Source: an archaeon (GTDB taxonomy: Archaea; EX4484-52; WAPT01). From it: a stretch of 64,000 bases of DNA. Numbering within the stretch: the first letter of the stretch is position 1; every line of letters begins with the position of its first letter. The position numbers and the translations under genes were made by a program. Positions 37,959 to 48,447 of the stretch are shown here, piece by piece. Under the pieces are notes generated by a model. It worked only from the letters and a program-made list of their open reading frames with translations. It searched no databases and had not been told where the DNA came from. The stretch is taken from positions 32,001-96,000 of the forward strand of contig JAPDKB010000009.1 of NCBI GenBank assembly GCA_029258795.1. The letters run 5' to 3'.

Positions 37959-38372
37959 TTACATCCTTTCAAACAGATCCAGCATTGCCGGCTCGAGATT
38001 TCCATGCTCTTTCATTTCAGACAGGCTGAGAAAGATCAGGTTGTTGATTTCGTTTTTCGCTCTTACTTTTAGCTCGTCTTTGTTCTTAACCTCACACTCA
38101 AAATAAAGAATTACACGCGATACCTCAATACCGCTATCTTTGAATTTTATAGTGTCCTGTCCGAAACCAAGGAACCTTACAATATTAATGTTCAGATTGA
38201 GCTCTTCCTTAATTTCTCTTTTCAGCGCATCCTCGACTCTCTCACCGAATCTCAACTTCCCGCCCGGAACGCGGTAGAATCCGAAGCGAGGATCTTTCAC
38301 AAGCAAGTATTTATCACCAAATCTGAGAAATGCGGAAACCACAACGACCGGCAACTGTTGGTATTTTCTCAT
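37959..38372 (-). CDS. NUDIX hydrolase
   Basis: PGGKLRFGERVEDALKREIKEELNL Nudix box. Confidence 0.92.
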   Translation of the reverse strand: MRKYQQLPVVVVSAFLRFGDKYLLVKDPRFGFYRVPGGKLRFGERVEDALKREIKEELNLNINIVRFLGFGQDTIKFKDSGIEVSRVILYFECEVKNKDELKVRAKNEINNLIFLSLSEMKEHGNLEPAMLDLFERM

Positions 38373-38427
38373 AAATTCAATAGTGCTTCTTTAATTTATA
38401 AAAGCTTCACCCATAAAAATCACAATA

Positions 38428-38715
38428 ATGCTGAAATATCACCGAGAAATTCTAAAGGAATTTGAGCCGATAAAAAGACGCGCGAAAGTGATACTGTTTG
38501 GTTCAGTTGCCCGGGGTGACTACACAACGGATTCAGATATAGATCTTGCGATCATTACGGATGACGAAAAAATAAAGCGGATGGCCAGAGAGATAGCGGA
38601 CAAAGTGATGGTTGAGTACGGAAAGGTCGTATCCCTGAAGTTCGTATCTCCTCAGGATTTTGAAAAGAAACAGGACCCGTTCCTTAAGGAGATAAAAAGG
38701 GGTGTTGAGATATGA
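38428..38715 (+). CDS. Minimal nucleotidyltransferase (MNT)
   Basis: LFGSVARG....SDIDL. Confidence 0.93.
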   Translation: MLKYHREILKEFEPIKRRAKVILFGSVARGDYTTDSDIDLAIITDDEKIKRMAREIADKVMVEYGKVVSLKFVSPQDFEKKQDPFLKEIKRGVEI

Positions 38716-39107
38716 GTGAAAACTTGAAAGATGTTGTTAGAGAGGAGATCGAATTTGCAAGAAACAGGTTAAAGGCAGCTAAACTACTCCTGGAGCAAAA
38801 TTTACTAGCTGATGCCGTAAACAGGGCTTATTATGCAGCATTTTATGCTGCCCGTGCGATGCTGCATGTATCGGGCCATGATGCGAGAACCCATGCAGGC
38901 GTGCTTTCTGAGTTTGGTTTGAAAATTGTTAGGCAAAATCTTGCTCCAGAAAAGTACGCGAAAGTGCTTAGGCGTGCATTTGAATTAAGGGAAACAAGCG
39001 ATTACGTGCTGGGTGCGGTTTTTGGGAAGGAAGAAGTCGAGACCTTGATTAGGGAGGTTGAAGATTTTCTGAACTTTGCCGAAAAATTTGTGCAGGAAAG
39101 GTTATAA
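38712..39107 (+). CDS. HEPN-domain protein (MNT-HEPN pair)
   Basis: RAYYAAFYAA, RTHAGV, LRETSDY; overlaps the MNT stop. Confidence 0.92.
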   Translation: MSENLKDVVREEIEFARNRLKAAKLLLEQNLLADAVNRAYYAAFYAARAMLHVSGHDARTHAGVLSEFGLKIVRQNLAPEKYAKVLRRAFELRETSDYVLGAVFGKEEVETLIREVEDFLNFAEKFVQERL

Positions 39108-39905
39108 GATGATTTTGAAACCCTCGTGATGTGTTACGATTCCAGCAATGTTAACATGGCTTTTCGCCAGCACTGTCTTTACATGGTTCACCTGCTTGCG
39201 CAGCTCATCACGATTCATCATCTTCTCGTAACATTCAGGAAAGTTATTTTTCAACCATTCAACAAATTTCCGCCCCGCAGCCCTCAAATTCAGAAATTCG
39301 ACAAAATAATGGTGTACAAAGCTCTTCGTTTCTTTTACGATAGCTTCCGGATCCACAAGTTCAGGGATGAGGGGCGAGATGAAAGCGTAGTTTCTAATGC
39401 CGCTTTCGTGCAACATCTCGAGAGCATCAATCCGCTTCTCATGTTTCGGAGCCCTCGGTTCTAAAACTTTTCTTATTCTTTCATCAAGTCCATTCACGGT
39501 CAATCCAACTTCAATACATTCAAATCTCTCGAAAATGTCAATATCTCTCGTGACAAGGTCGGATTTGGTGAGGATTGAGAGATCTGTTCTTTTATCCATG
39601 TTTTCCAGCACTCTCCTCGTGAGCATGAGCTTTTTCTCGACTGGCTGGTAAGCATCGCTTACACTTGACATGCAGACTTTACTCCTCACATGTTTCCCTT
39701 TCACGAGCTCCGGAGCGTTTTCCTTAACCTCAACCCAGCTCCCCCACCTACCATGATTTTTCCATTTGCACAAGAACTTCGCATAACAATAGAGGCAGGC
39801 ATGCTCGCATCCAACGTAGGGGTTGAGAACAAAGCTGCAAGAAGGAATCTTGGTTTTCGTGAATATGGATTTCGCTTTGGTGAATATCACACGCACCTTA
39901 ACCAC
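39102..39905 (-). CDS. SplB-like radical SAM DNA repair protein
   Basis: NPYVGCEHACLYCYA, SSVSDAYQP.E, ILTKS. Confidence 0.9.
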   Translation of the reverse strand: MVKVRVIFTKAKSIFTKTKIPSCSFVLNPYVGCEHACLYCYAKFLCKWKNHGRWGSWVEVKENAPELVKGKHVRSKVCMSSVSDAYQPVEKKLMLTRRVLENMDKRTDLSILTKSDLVTRDIDIFERFECIEVGLTVNGLDERIRKVLEPRAPKHEKRIDALEMLHESGIRNYAFISPLIPELVDPEAIVKETKSFVHHYFVEFLNLRAAGRKFVEWLKNNFPECYEKMMNRDELRKQVNHVKTVLAKSHVNIAGIVTHHEGFKIIL

Positions 39906-39964
39906 TTCTTACATGTTTTTGCAAGTTATTTCATATAACTTGCAATATCTTTAAATGCGAAAAA

Positions 39965-40804
39965 TCACAGTCCCTCGTAAGTTTCCTTCATTAACAAAGC
40001 ATCCCCTTCTATGTTCGGGCTTTCGGAGATGACCACGCCCTTAACATTAAACTCCTTCAGGACGCGCAGCAGCTCCACATAATCCAGATCGCTTTCCTCC
40101 AGATTTAGATGGTTTCTCTCCCCTTTCTCGCCGTAGTTTATTCCGGAAATGTGGATGTGCATGTTGTCCAATGCTTCCCTACCAAGCCCTTCCTCAATCT
40201 TTTCCAGCAGCTCCACCCACTCTTGCCTAGTGTTGTAAGCTCCGTTGTATCTGGCATGGAGATGAGCAAAGTCAATGCATGGCAGAACCATCTCAACCTC
40301 CTGCGCAAGCTTGATGAGCTCATCAACATCTCCAAATTGCGTTGGCTTTCCTGTCAGCTCAGGCCTGATCCATATCTCAATCCCATCATTTTGCAGAATT
40401 TGCACAATATCTTCAATAGCTTCTTTCACCCTGCTGTAAACCGTCTTTTTTTCCATCCCCATGTAGTAAGCTGCATGAAAAACAACGCTCCACGCTCCAC
40501 AAAGATGTGCTATTCTCGCAGAGTTTATTATGCGAACTTTACTTGCTTCAACCTTTTCTTTCTCCTTCGCATTCAGGTTTATGAAGTAGGGCGCATGGCA
40601 GGTAAGCACAACCGCGTTTCTTTCCGCAACCTCCTTCACGATTGGAGCTTTGTCCTTGCTTACATTTATACTTCTTACAAATTCGAGCTCCATCGCATCT
40701 AAGTTGAGCTCTCTAACGCGCTCTATACCTCTCTCGGTGGTTGGCTTTTCAGTGCTTAAAGGTATTCCAGCCGTACCAAAAAGCAGCTTTCCAATTCGCT
40801 TCAT
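39965..40804 (-). CDS. nfo: Endonuclease IV (AP endonuclease family 2)
   Basis: HAPYFINLN, PELTGK..QFG, DFAHLHAR, HIHISG, ISESP. Confidence 0.92.
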   Translation of the reverse strand: MKRIGKLLFGTAGIPLSTEKPTTERGIERVRELNLDAMELEFVRSINVSKDKAPIVKEVAERNAVVLTCHAPYFINLNAKEKEKVEASKVRIINSARIAHLCGAWSVVFHAAYYMGMEKKTVYSRVKEAIEDIVQILQNDGIEIWIRPELTGKPTQFGDVDELIKLAQEVEMVLPCIDFAHLHARYNGAYNTRQEWVELLEKIEEGLGREALDNMHIHISGINYGEKGERNHLNLEESDLDYVELLRVLKEFNVKGVVISESPNIEGDALLMKETYEGL

Positions 40805-40859
40805 AACTATAAACTTGTCCTGAAAACTTTTTATCTTCCACCATCCACAAAATGAAAAG

Positions 40860-41705
40860 ATGGGGAGAAAAATTCAGGCGTATGTGGAGATAATCCGGCT
40901 GAGTGTTTGCGGGCTTACCTTACTTGCATTTCTTGCAGGAGCAGCAATATCCACAATCTACGAACTAGTTAGCATGGAAAAGATCATTCTCGGCTTGATA
41001 GCAGCGTTTTTAATTTGCGCATCAGGCAATGTGATAAACGATTATTTTGACGTGGAGATGGATAAGATCAACCGTCCCACCAGACCGATTCCCTCGGGAA
41101 GAATAAAACCAAATGAAGCAATGATATTCTATGTTCTTCTGATCATTGTTGGTAACCTTCTTGCCTATTATGCAGGGACTTATTTCTTCATTCTCGCGGT
41201 TTTTAACACTTTCGTAGCATTTATCTATGCTTGGAAGTTGAAAAAGACCGCGCTTGTGGGCAATATGATGGATTCATATCTCGCGGCATCGGTCTTCATA
41301 GCCCCGCTTTTCCTTCTCGAAAACTTCAGCATTCGTATGCTTGTTGAAAGCCCCGCCTTCATACTTGGCGTCATAGCGTTTTTTGGCAACATGGGTCGTG
41401 AAATCTTAAAGGATGTGGAGGATATGGAAGGTGATAAAAGAGCGGGGGCCAGAACTCTGCCAGTGGTGGCTGGCACAAGAAAATCGAAGGCATTTGCTTA
41501 CATTTTCATTACCACAGGAATTGTAATGGCGTGGTTGCCAGCATTGAGCGGAGTGCTTACCACCCTTTACCTGCCGTTTTTATTGATTTCCTCACTGCTG
41601 GTTGTTGTGAGTTTTATAAAACACAAAAACGTATCTTTAGCTCAAAGAATTCTGAAAATTGTCATGTATTTGGTCATTGCGGGTTTCATAGCGGGTAGCG
41701 TTTAA
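40860..41705 (+). CDS. UbiA-family prenyltransferase (DGGGP synthase-like)
   Basis: INDYFDVEMDKINRPTRPIPSG, REILKDVEDMEGD. Confidence 0.9.
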   Translation: MGRKIQAYVEIIRLSVCGLTLLAFLAGAAISTIYELVSMEKIILGLIAAFLICASGNVINDYFDVEMDKINRPTRPIPSGRIKPNEAMIFYVLLIIVGNLLAYYAGTYFFILAVFNTFVAFIYAWKLKKTALVGNMMDSYLAASVFIAPLFLLENFSIRMLVESPAFILGVIAFFGNMGREILKDVEDMEGDKRAGARTLPVVAGTRKSKAFAYIFITTGIVMAWLPALSGVLTTLYLPFLLISSLLVVVSFIKHKNVSLAQRILKIVMYLVIAGFIAGSV

Positions 41706-41755
41706 ACGACAAATAACGAGTTAAATGTTCTGTTTTTAACGAAAAGTTTATATAG

Positions 41756-42607
41756 GTGAACCACCAATATTTCAGGTTCATGCAGGGTGAAGAGGAACAA
41801 TATTTGAATTGTTTGAAAAGAAGTTTCGCAAAAGAAATGAAGAGAAAGGTCAAGGAGATAGTAGATATCAACGATAGCTATTTACAACTTCTAAAGGCGT
41901 GCGGTCAAAAAATAGGAAGCGTCAGTTCAAAAGCGTTTTCTCATGGATTGAGCCACGGAGTCAACACAGCTTACAATTTGATTGAGCTGGATGAAAAGTA
42001 CGATTTGAATATAAGCAACAATGGTTATGATATCATTGCAGCGGCAATTCTGCACGATATAAACAGGCCTTACGAGGTGCATGAGAACAACGGCATAGTT
42101 CCTAACGGGGAGCTTAGTGCTGAAGAAGCTTATCTTTTACTTTCATCCATTTATGGAGAGGAGAAAGCGAAAAATGTTGCTGAAGTGATAAAGTACCATG
42201 ATGATCCTTCCTTGGCATCCCATGATGGAGGTCTGATGGAAGCCACCACTATTCTTAGGGCTGCGGATGTCCTTGATGCTGATATAACCAGAGTTTTGGC
42301 ATGCGCTTACGAGTACTCGCAGCTGAAAGGCACTATGCTTTCACCCCGAGAAATAGCGAGAAGATGGAAGAGGAAAGTGGATTACGATTTGGACGCGTTA
42401 AGGGATCTGGATGAGAGAATAATGAAGGAAGTGGAGGAACACTATCGACACACAACAAATCAGCTGGAGCAGATAATCGCTCTGGAGGGTTTGGAGGATT
42501 TAAGGAATGGAGAGGGATTAAGCCCGTTGGAAATTGCTCTTAAAGATTCGGCTCTTGTAGAAAGAGCAAAAGAAGAGGCATGCAGAGAAGTTGTTTCACG
42601 ACTGTAA
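41756..42607 (+). CDS. HD-domain phosphohydrolase
   Basis: HGLSH, AAILHDI, YHD, ADVLD. Confidence 0.8.
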   Translation: MNHQYFRFMQGEEEQYLNCLKRSFAKEMKRKVKEIVDINDSYLQLLKACGQKIGSVSSKAFSHGLSHGVNTAYNLIELDEKYDLNISNNGYDIIAAAILHDINRPYEVHENNGIVPNGELSAEEAYLLLSSIYGEEKAKNVAEVIKYHDDPSLASHDGGLMEATTILRAADVLDADITRVLACAYEYSQLKGTMLSPREIARRWKRKVDYDLDALRDLDERIMKEVEEHYRHTTNQLEQIIALEGLEDLRNGEGLSPLEIALKDSALVERAKEEACREVVSRL

Positions 42608-42678
42608 AAAATTATGCGGTTATTTTCGTCTTTACACAACAGTTATATTTAAATTCTGGTTAAACCACAACAATTCTT

Positions 42679-43971
42679 ATGCATCAGCTCAGCTCATCAC
42701 CACAGGGAGGGATTGCGGATAGGTATGAGAAACAGATAAAATTCAAGCATATCGGCAAGGAGGAGCAGGAAGAACTAGCAAGAAAGAAAGTTGCCGTCGT
42801 TGGGCTTGGCGGACTCGGAAGCATGGAAGCCCAGCTTCTTGCAAGAGCTGGGGTTGGCACGCTTGTGCTCGTTGATCCCGATTATGTGGAGATTACCAAT
42901 CTTCACAGACAGCTTCTTTATGATGAGGGCGATGTTGACAAGCTCAAAGCTGTTGTGGCTAGAGAAAAGCTGAGCAGAATAAACTCCTCATGCAAGTATG
43001 TGGCACATATAACGCCCATAACTTCAGATAATGTGGATGAGATATTGCACGATGTGGATGTGGTGGTGGATGGTCTGGATGACATGCATGCCAGATACAT
43101 TCTGAATGATTATTGTGTGAAAGCTGGAAAACCCCTCGTTCATGCGGCCGTGGCTGGAAGCATAGGAGTGGTGTTCAACATATTGCCCAGAAGAACGCCT
43201 TGCCTGCAGTGCCTCTATCCAAAAGAGCTGGTGGAGAAAGAGCTCCAGACCTATGATATTGATACTGCAGGAGCGCTCAACATGGCCATAGCCACTGTAG
43301 GGGCTATAGCTGCATGCGAAGCTCTGAAAATCCTGCTGAATAAAAACATTTCGGAAGAGTTGATTTATGTTGATTTGTGGAAGCAGGAGTTCCAGAAGGT
43401 GAAGATTGAAAAGGATGCTTCATGCCCTGCATGCAGAGGCAGGTATGTTTTCCTTGAGGAAGGGAGGGGAAGGAGAGTTGTGAAGCTCAGCAAAAACAAG
43501 TTTTTCGTGTTCCATGAGAGGAGCTTTGATTTTGAGAAAGCTATTGACTCGCTCAAAAGCATGGGCTATGCCGTGAGACACGATAACTTTGTTGCGCACG
43601 TTGCGGAGAGCGGAGCCATAGTGTCATTCTTGAGGAATGGAGATGCACTTGTCAAGAATGTTTCGAGTGAGGGGGAAGCCCTTAGAATATACGAGACCTT
43701 GATTGAAAGAGCGAGCTCAAGTGTAATGCATACCCAACCCACTCAACTCCATGATGAGGAAGAAAATAAAGATAAGCATGAGGATATTCAACTGGAGTTT
43801 TTCAGAGATGTTTCTGAAGGAAACGAAACAGAAAGTGATGAAAAGGAATTTGAAAGGCATGAACGTGATGACGCGGGAAACGAGGAAACAACGTTTTTAC
43901 CCTCTAAAAATGAGAGTGAAGAAAAGAAGGAAGAAGATGATGACCTATTCTTCCCCAATCCGTTTCAGTAA
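42679..43971 (+). CDS. ThiF/MoeB E1-like enzyme with an acidic C-terminal tail
   Basis: VVGLGGLGS, D.VE.TNLHRQ, CLQC, CPAC. Confidence 0.93.
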   Translation: MHQLSSSPQGGIADRYEKQIKFKHIGKEEQEELARKKVAVVGLGGLGSMEAQLLARAGVGTLVLVDPDYVEITNLHRQLLYDEGDVDKLKAVVAREKLSRINSSCKYVAHITPITSDNVDEILHDVDVVVDGLDDMHARYILNDYCVKAGKPLVHAAVAGSIGVVFNILPRRTPCLQCLYPKELVEKELQTYDIDTAGALNMAIATVGAIAACEALKILLNKNISEELIYVDLWKQEFQKVKIEKDASCPACRGRYVFLEEGRGRRVVKLSKNKFFVFHERSFDFEKAIDSLKSMGYAVRHDNFVAHVAESGAIVSFLRNGDALVKNVSSEGEALRIYETLIERASSSVMHTQPTQLHDEEENKDKHEDIQLEFFRDVSEGNETESDEKEFERHERDDAGNEETTFLPSKNESEEKKEEDDDLFFPNPFQ

Positions 43972-44886
43972 TATACAAGCTTTACATGTTCTCTGAGAGG
44001 TGGGCTCACCACACCTACTGCAACGTCTTATCCTGTCCATCTCCACCAAGCTTCTCAGCGCTGGTTGAATTCTGTCGAATGTTCTCACTATGCTGTACTT
44101 TATGCCAGGATACTTGTCCTCAAGCATGTTTATGATATCTCTCACATCCCCCCTAAACGCATCCGTAACATAGGGACATTCTGCCAGCGAAAAAGGGAGC
44201 TCAAGCAGCATGGCAGCCAGCGTGGTCTCCTTTTCCGGAATGTCCCTCAATGGCTTGATGCGCACCACGAACTTTTCATCCTCCACAAAATACGGCACGT
44301 ATCCTATTCTCACCGCTCTGAGCAAATCACCTCTTAGATAGTTAGCAAGGATGGCCTGTGCTTCATCATCCAGATTGTGGGCTATTGCAAGCTTATCGGC
44401 TCTTAGCTCTCTTGCGCCCTTGTTGAGAAGGTACCTCCTGAAAGTTCCACAATAAGTGCAGGCATGCACCTCGTATCCGTACTTTTCCTTTTCAAGTTTC
44501 ACCATTTCATCCAGAGTTTTGCCAAAGCTCTTCTTGAAGCTGTACTCATAATAAGGAACGTCCAACCGCTCGCACAGCTCTTTTGCATACTTTTTCGTTT
44601 TGTCCCTGTAACCCGCTATCCCCTCATCAATCAGCAATGCTTCCAGCTCGAAATGCCCCTGCTTTTTCTGCTTGTCTCTCAAAAGTTTGAGGAGGAGAGC
44701 AGAGTCCTTTCCCCCGGAAATGCCGACAACAACCCTGTCATTGCGCTTTATCATTCCGTATTTTCGGATGGTTCTGTTAACTTTAAAACGCACATCCCGT
44801 ATGAAGTGATGCTTGCAAAGAGCTTTTCCCTCAAATTTCCTGTAAATAACCGCGGGATTACCACATTTGCTGCACTTCAGTACCAT
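43945..44886 (-). CDS. tRNA 2-thiolation protein NcsA/TtuA
   Basis: PP-loop SGGKDS, CTYCG, AHNLDD, CPY, terminal zinc fingers. Confidence 0.93.
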   Translation of the reverse strand: MVLKCSKCGNPAVIYRKFEGKALCKHHFIRDVRFKVNRTIRKYGMIKRNDRVVVGISGGKDSALLLKLLRDKQKKQGHFELEALLIDEGIAGYRDKTKKYAKELCERLDVPYYEYSFKKSFGKTLDEMVKLEKEKYGYEVHACTYCGTFRRYLLNKGARELRADKLAIAHNLDDEAQAILANYLRGDLLRAVRIGYVPYFVEDEKFVVRIKPLRDIPEKETTLAAMLLELPFSLAECPYVTDAFRGDVRDIINMLEDKYPGIKYSIVRTFDRIQPALRSLVEMDRIRRCSRCGEPTSQRTCKACILLKRIGEE

Positions 44887-44997
44887 GAAGCCAGTTTTAT
44901 GAGGGAGAGTTAAATTTCTTTCACTGGCTTACAAACCGCGCCCTGTTATCCGTGATAGCCATAGATTATTTATATCTCAATATACCAAAATTGAATC

Positions 44998-47900
44998 ATG
45001 CAAAAAGCGCAAAATGCAATTTCAAACATACTCATCATTATATTCTTCTTACTCTTCATTCCAGCCATCGCTCAAGCCATGGAAATCATGAATGTGACCG
45101 ATTATCCTGACCCGCTTAAAGCCAATTCCACTTACATAACCATAAAATTCAACGTAACCACAGATATGAATCAAACGATAGATAAAGCGCTGATATTTCT
45201 CACCGGACCGAATCTGGCTTTCGAGGATGTGCTTGAGCCGGTGTCGAACAAAACGTACACGGTTGTGGTGCAGACCAATCAAAGCGGAAATCTGACCAAC
45301 ACAACCACCAACATAACCGAATTCACCTTCACCTACTGGCCGGAGATTGAGGGCACATACTGGTACAGGGCTTTTGTTAACGACACGAACGGAAACTCAA
45401 CTTACTCATCCTATTACAGCTTTTCAGCATTGCGTTATCCTTTAATTCACGCTGTCCATATAACCACTCCTGTAAACTACACTGATGACGTGCTCATCAA
45501 CATCACCGCCTATATCCTTCCTTGGGACGGTGAAACGATAACAAATGTAACGGCTGAAATAATAAGTCCCAACGGCACAGCTTTCAATTTGACCATGAAC
45601 TTTTCACACTTTGATGGTACCTATTACGTTTACAACGCTTCGTTCCATCCAGATGTCTATGCTATCTATGTTATCGACCACTGGGAAAGGGAATACAGAA
45701 TAAGGGTGTTCGCCACTGATAACACATCAAGCACATCCGTATCTGATTTCTACACGGCAAGAGCGGAGGACTACGTGCCAGAGGTGGTGGATGTTGCGGC
45801 ATATCCACCGGCACAGGAATTCTTGGGTGTGGCGTTTTACATACCGACTAACAATACCCTCGTGATAAATATAACAACACACGATGTAACGTCAGCCACA
45901 AATTTAACGAGCAATATTAACAAATCACAACTCATACTCACAAGCAGTTACCTTGGCTTATATGAGGTGTATAACCTAACCCTGATCGACTCCAACGAAA
46001 GTTACAAGGTCTATAATTGGAGTTTTAATTACACAACCCCCCACATCCTGTATGAGTTCAGGATCTACTTGGAAGATACTCACGGAAACAAATATCTTTC
46101 ACAACCTTACTTCTTCTCAGATGACATCATGACGTACAGGATAGTACCTCTAGAGTTAAATGTCAGTGAAGCTTGCTGTTTGCTGCCGGTGGTTATAGTC
46201 TCCCCGAAGGTCATGTACGAGGGGCAAACGTTCACCATATATACCTATGTGGAGAACTGTGGCAGTGTGCCAGTAAATGTGAGCGGAGGTGTGGACATAT
46301 ACAAGATAAGGGGTAAGGATTGGATACATTATGAAACCGTGGCAGAGCAGGATGAATATGCTTTTTACAATCTAAAACCGGGGGAAATAGCCGGCACATA
46401 TTATGTCAGGAGCAGCGCTGACTATGATGAAGGAAACTACAGCGCTGTGCTGGATGTGAACTACTATGCTGATGTGTGCTTCAACAGAACAAACGGCACG
46501 GATTTCTTTGAAATCAAGAAGTTTGGCGGACATGGACCGATGGACTTGATAGTGATAAGGGAAATGCCATCAAGCATCACCCAGCCGAAGGAATGCGAAA
46601 CAAATCCAGACGCGTGTAACACCTTACAGATAAGACTTTTCCTTTACAACAGAGGTGCCCAAAACATAACCAACGTTACTTTCACAGACACCATCCAGCT
46701 GAACATATCATTAGCGCATCCGAATCCAGAGGTGGGCGCTCCTGTAAAGGTGGTGTGTAATTCTACATATGCTTACAACTGCAGCGTGAAGATGAAAAAG
46801 TACACCCCCTATGATCCAACTGTGGCTATAATTCATGTTAACCTTACCCAACCCATTCTTCCCAGAAACTACGTTATGGTAAGTTATAACTTAACACCCG
46901 CATCCAACCTTACAGTATATAACGAGACCTATGAAACAAAATACACATTCATAGTCCAAGGTACATTTACCGATTCTAAGGGTCAGACACAGATATTTTT
47001 GGAGAGGATGCCTTATTTCAATCCACCGGAATCCTATACTTTAGAGCTGGTGGATGAGAAATCATTCGACTACAACATTTTCGTTAACAACAATTCGCAG
47101 ACCAACTTAACGCACCTTCGTTCCTTCTATGCTCTCAAGCCGGCTACACTCGAAATAGTGGCAAAATCAATATCCGGAGATCACGAAATGAACGGAAATT
47201 ATTTTGTTAATGTTTCGATTCCGCCCATTTGGAAGATAAATGGTGTGGTGGATTATGGGGATTGCGATGCCATAACCTATCAGAATTATGATTTAACGCA
47301 TGCACAACCATACATATTGTGTAACTCATCCAAACCCCTGAAAAACAACGATGCCATCACATTTTCCGTTAACGTGACCAGCTTCATAGATGAAATGTTT
47401 TTGCTTCCTGCTGAGGGTACAAATTTCTTTGACCTGAAATCTCCATACATACCCGGTTTCTTCCTTGTAGCAATGCGCCCCCAGAATGAAACTCCCACAC
47501 CGAAGCCAGTGCCTCAACCAGTTCCTAAGCCAGTGCCTCAACCAGTACCCCAACCCGTACCTCAACCAACCCCAAAGCCGAAAATAGAAATAGTGTTAAC
47601 GCCAATAAAGGACGAGTATACTGCGTATCAAGATCAGTTAATTCCAACATATTTCTCAGTTGAGAACATAGGTAATGCCACAGCATACAACATATCCATC
47701 GAGCCTGAACTCCCCTCTCCTGAGTGGAGATTCTCACCAACCTACGTGGATGTTCTGAGACCGGGAGAGAAGGTCAACAGAACGCTGATGATCGCGCCAG
47801 GCATAGATACTCCTCCTGGGCTTTACGTCATACCTGTAAAAGCAGTAGTCGATGGGGAGGTGGCTGATCTCGCCTACATAAAGGTTCACGTGCTCTTCGG

Positions 47901-48447
47901 GAAGCATCTTGCCAAAATAGAAATAGTGGAGGCTCCAACGGAGGTTGAAATAGACGAGTTCTCAAACCTAACAATCCCTGTACTCCTAAAAAACATTGGC
48001 AGGAAAAAGCTGCACAACGTAACCATGAGGTTGGAAAACGTGGAGGAGTGTATTTCCTTCCAGAATTCAAGCATGCATGAACTGGATGTTAATGAAACGG
48101 TGAGTGCAACCCTTTTCATCACGGCAAAAGATGCTCCCAAGAAGTGCAGGGCTGTGCTTATAGTCTCTTCAAAGGAGGAAGCGTATGCCTTTGCACCGGT
48201 GCTGATAAAGGTTAATCCCAGACCACCACTCATGCCACTGCAGTGGAAGTGGGCACCCTATCTTGCTTTGGGATGGACTGCTATTTTTGTAACATATGGT
48301 GTGATAAGAAAAAGAAAGGCGAGAAGGGGTGAAAGACCAAGAACGATATGGCCACGAGTTTTCATTTATACACTTTTAATGGGAGAGATTTTGATAATTA
48401 TTTACGTGATGCTCTGGATTTTCGGTTATATCGCTTCGATGATTTAA
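44998..48447 (+). CDS. Large membrane-anchored Ig-like surface glycoprotein
   Basis: Signal peptide, many N-x-S/T sequons, EN.G motifs, Pro-rich hinge, two C-terminal TM helices. Confidence 0.85.
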   Translation: MQKAQNAISNILIIIFFLLFIPAIAQAMEIMNVTDYPDPLKANSTYITIKFNVTTDMNQTIDKALIFLTGPNLAFEDVLEPVSNKTYTVVVQTNQSGNLTNTTTNITEFTFTYWPEIEGTYWYRAFVNDTNGNSTYSSYYSFSALRYPLIHAVHITTPVNYTDDVLINITAYILPWDGETITNVTAEIISPNGTAFNLTMNFSHFDGTYYVYNASFHPDVYAIYVIDHWEREYRIRVFATDNTSSTSVSDFYTARAEDYVPEVVDVAAYPPAQEFLGVAFYIPTNNTLVINITTHDVTSATNLTSNINKSQLILTSSYLGLYEVYNLTLIDSNESYKVYNWSFNYTTPHILYEFRIYLEDTHGNKYLSQPYFFSDDIMTYRIVPLELNVSEACCLLPVVIVSPKVMYEGQTFTIYTYVENCGSVPVNVSGGVDIYKIRGKDWIHYETVAEQDEYAFYNLKPGEIAGTYYVRSSADYDEGNYSAVLDVNYYADVCFNRTNGTDFFEIKKFGGHGPMDLIVIREMPSSITQPKECETNPDACNTLQIRLFLYNRGAQNITNVTFTDTIQLNISLAHPNPEVGAPVKVVCNSTYAYNCSVKMKKYTPYDPTVAIIHVNLTQPILPRNYVMVSYNLTPASNLTVYNETYETKYTFIVQGTFTDSKGQTQIFLERMPYFNPPESYTLELVDEKSFDYNIFVNNNSQTNLTHLRSFYALKPATLEIVAKSISGDHEMNGNYFVNVSIPPIWKINGVVDYGDCDAITYQNYDLTHAQPYILCNSSKPLKNNDAITFSVNVTSFIDEMFLLPAEGTNFFDLKSPYIPGFFLVAMRPQNETPTPKPVPQPVPKPVPQPVPQPVPQPTPKPKIEIVLTPIKDEYTAYQDQLIPTYFSVENIGNATAYNISIEPELPSPEWRFSPTYVDVLRPGEKVNRTLMIAPGIDTPPGLYVIPVKAVVDGEVADLAYIKVHVLFGKHLAKIEIVEAPTEVEIDEFSNLTIPVLLKNIGRKKLHNVTMRLENVEECISFQNSSMHELDVNETVSATLFITAKDAPKKCRAVLIVSSKEEAYAFAPVLIKVNPRPPLMPLQWKWAPYLALGWTAIFVTYGVIRKRKARRGERPRTIWPRVFIYTLLMGEILIIIYVMLWIFGYIASMI
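47494..47580 (+). repeat. Imperfect 12-bp tandem repeat coding a P(K/Q)P(V/T) linker
   Basis: ccgaagccagtg cctcaaccagtt cctaagccagtg cctcaaccagta... Confidence 0.9.

Noticed and set aside
38428-39107. MNT-HEPN pair as a novel system
   Set aside because: A common, well-described module in thermophilic archaea
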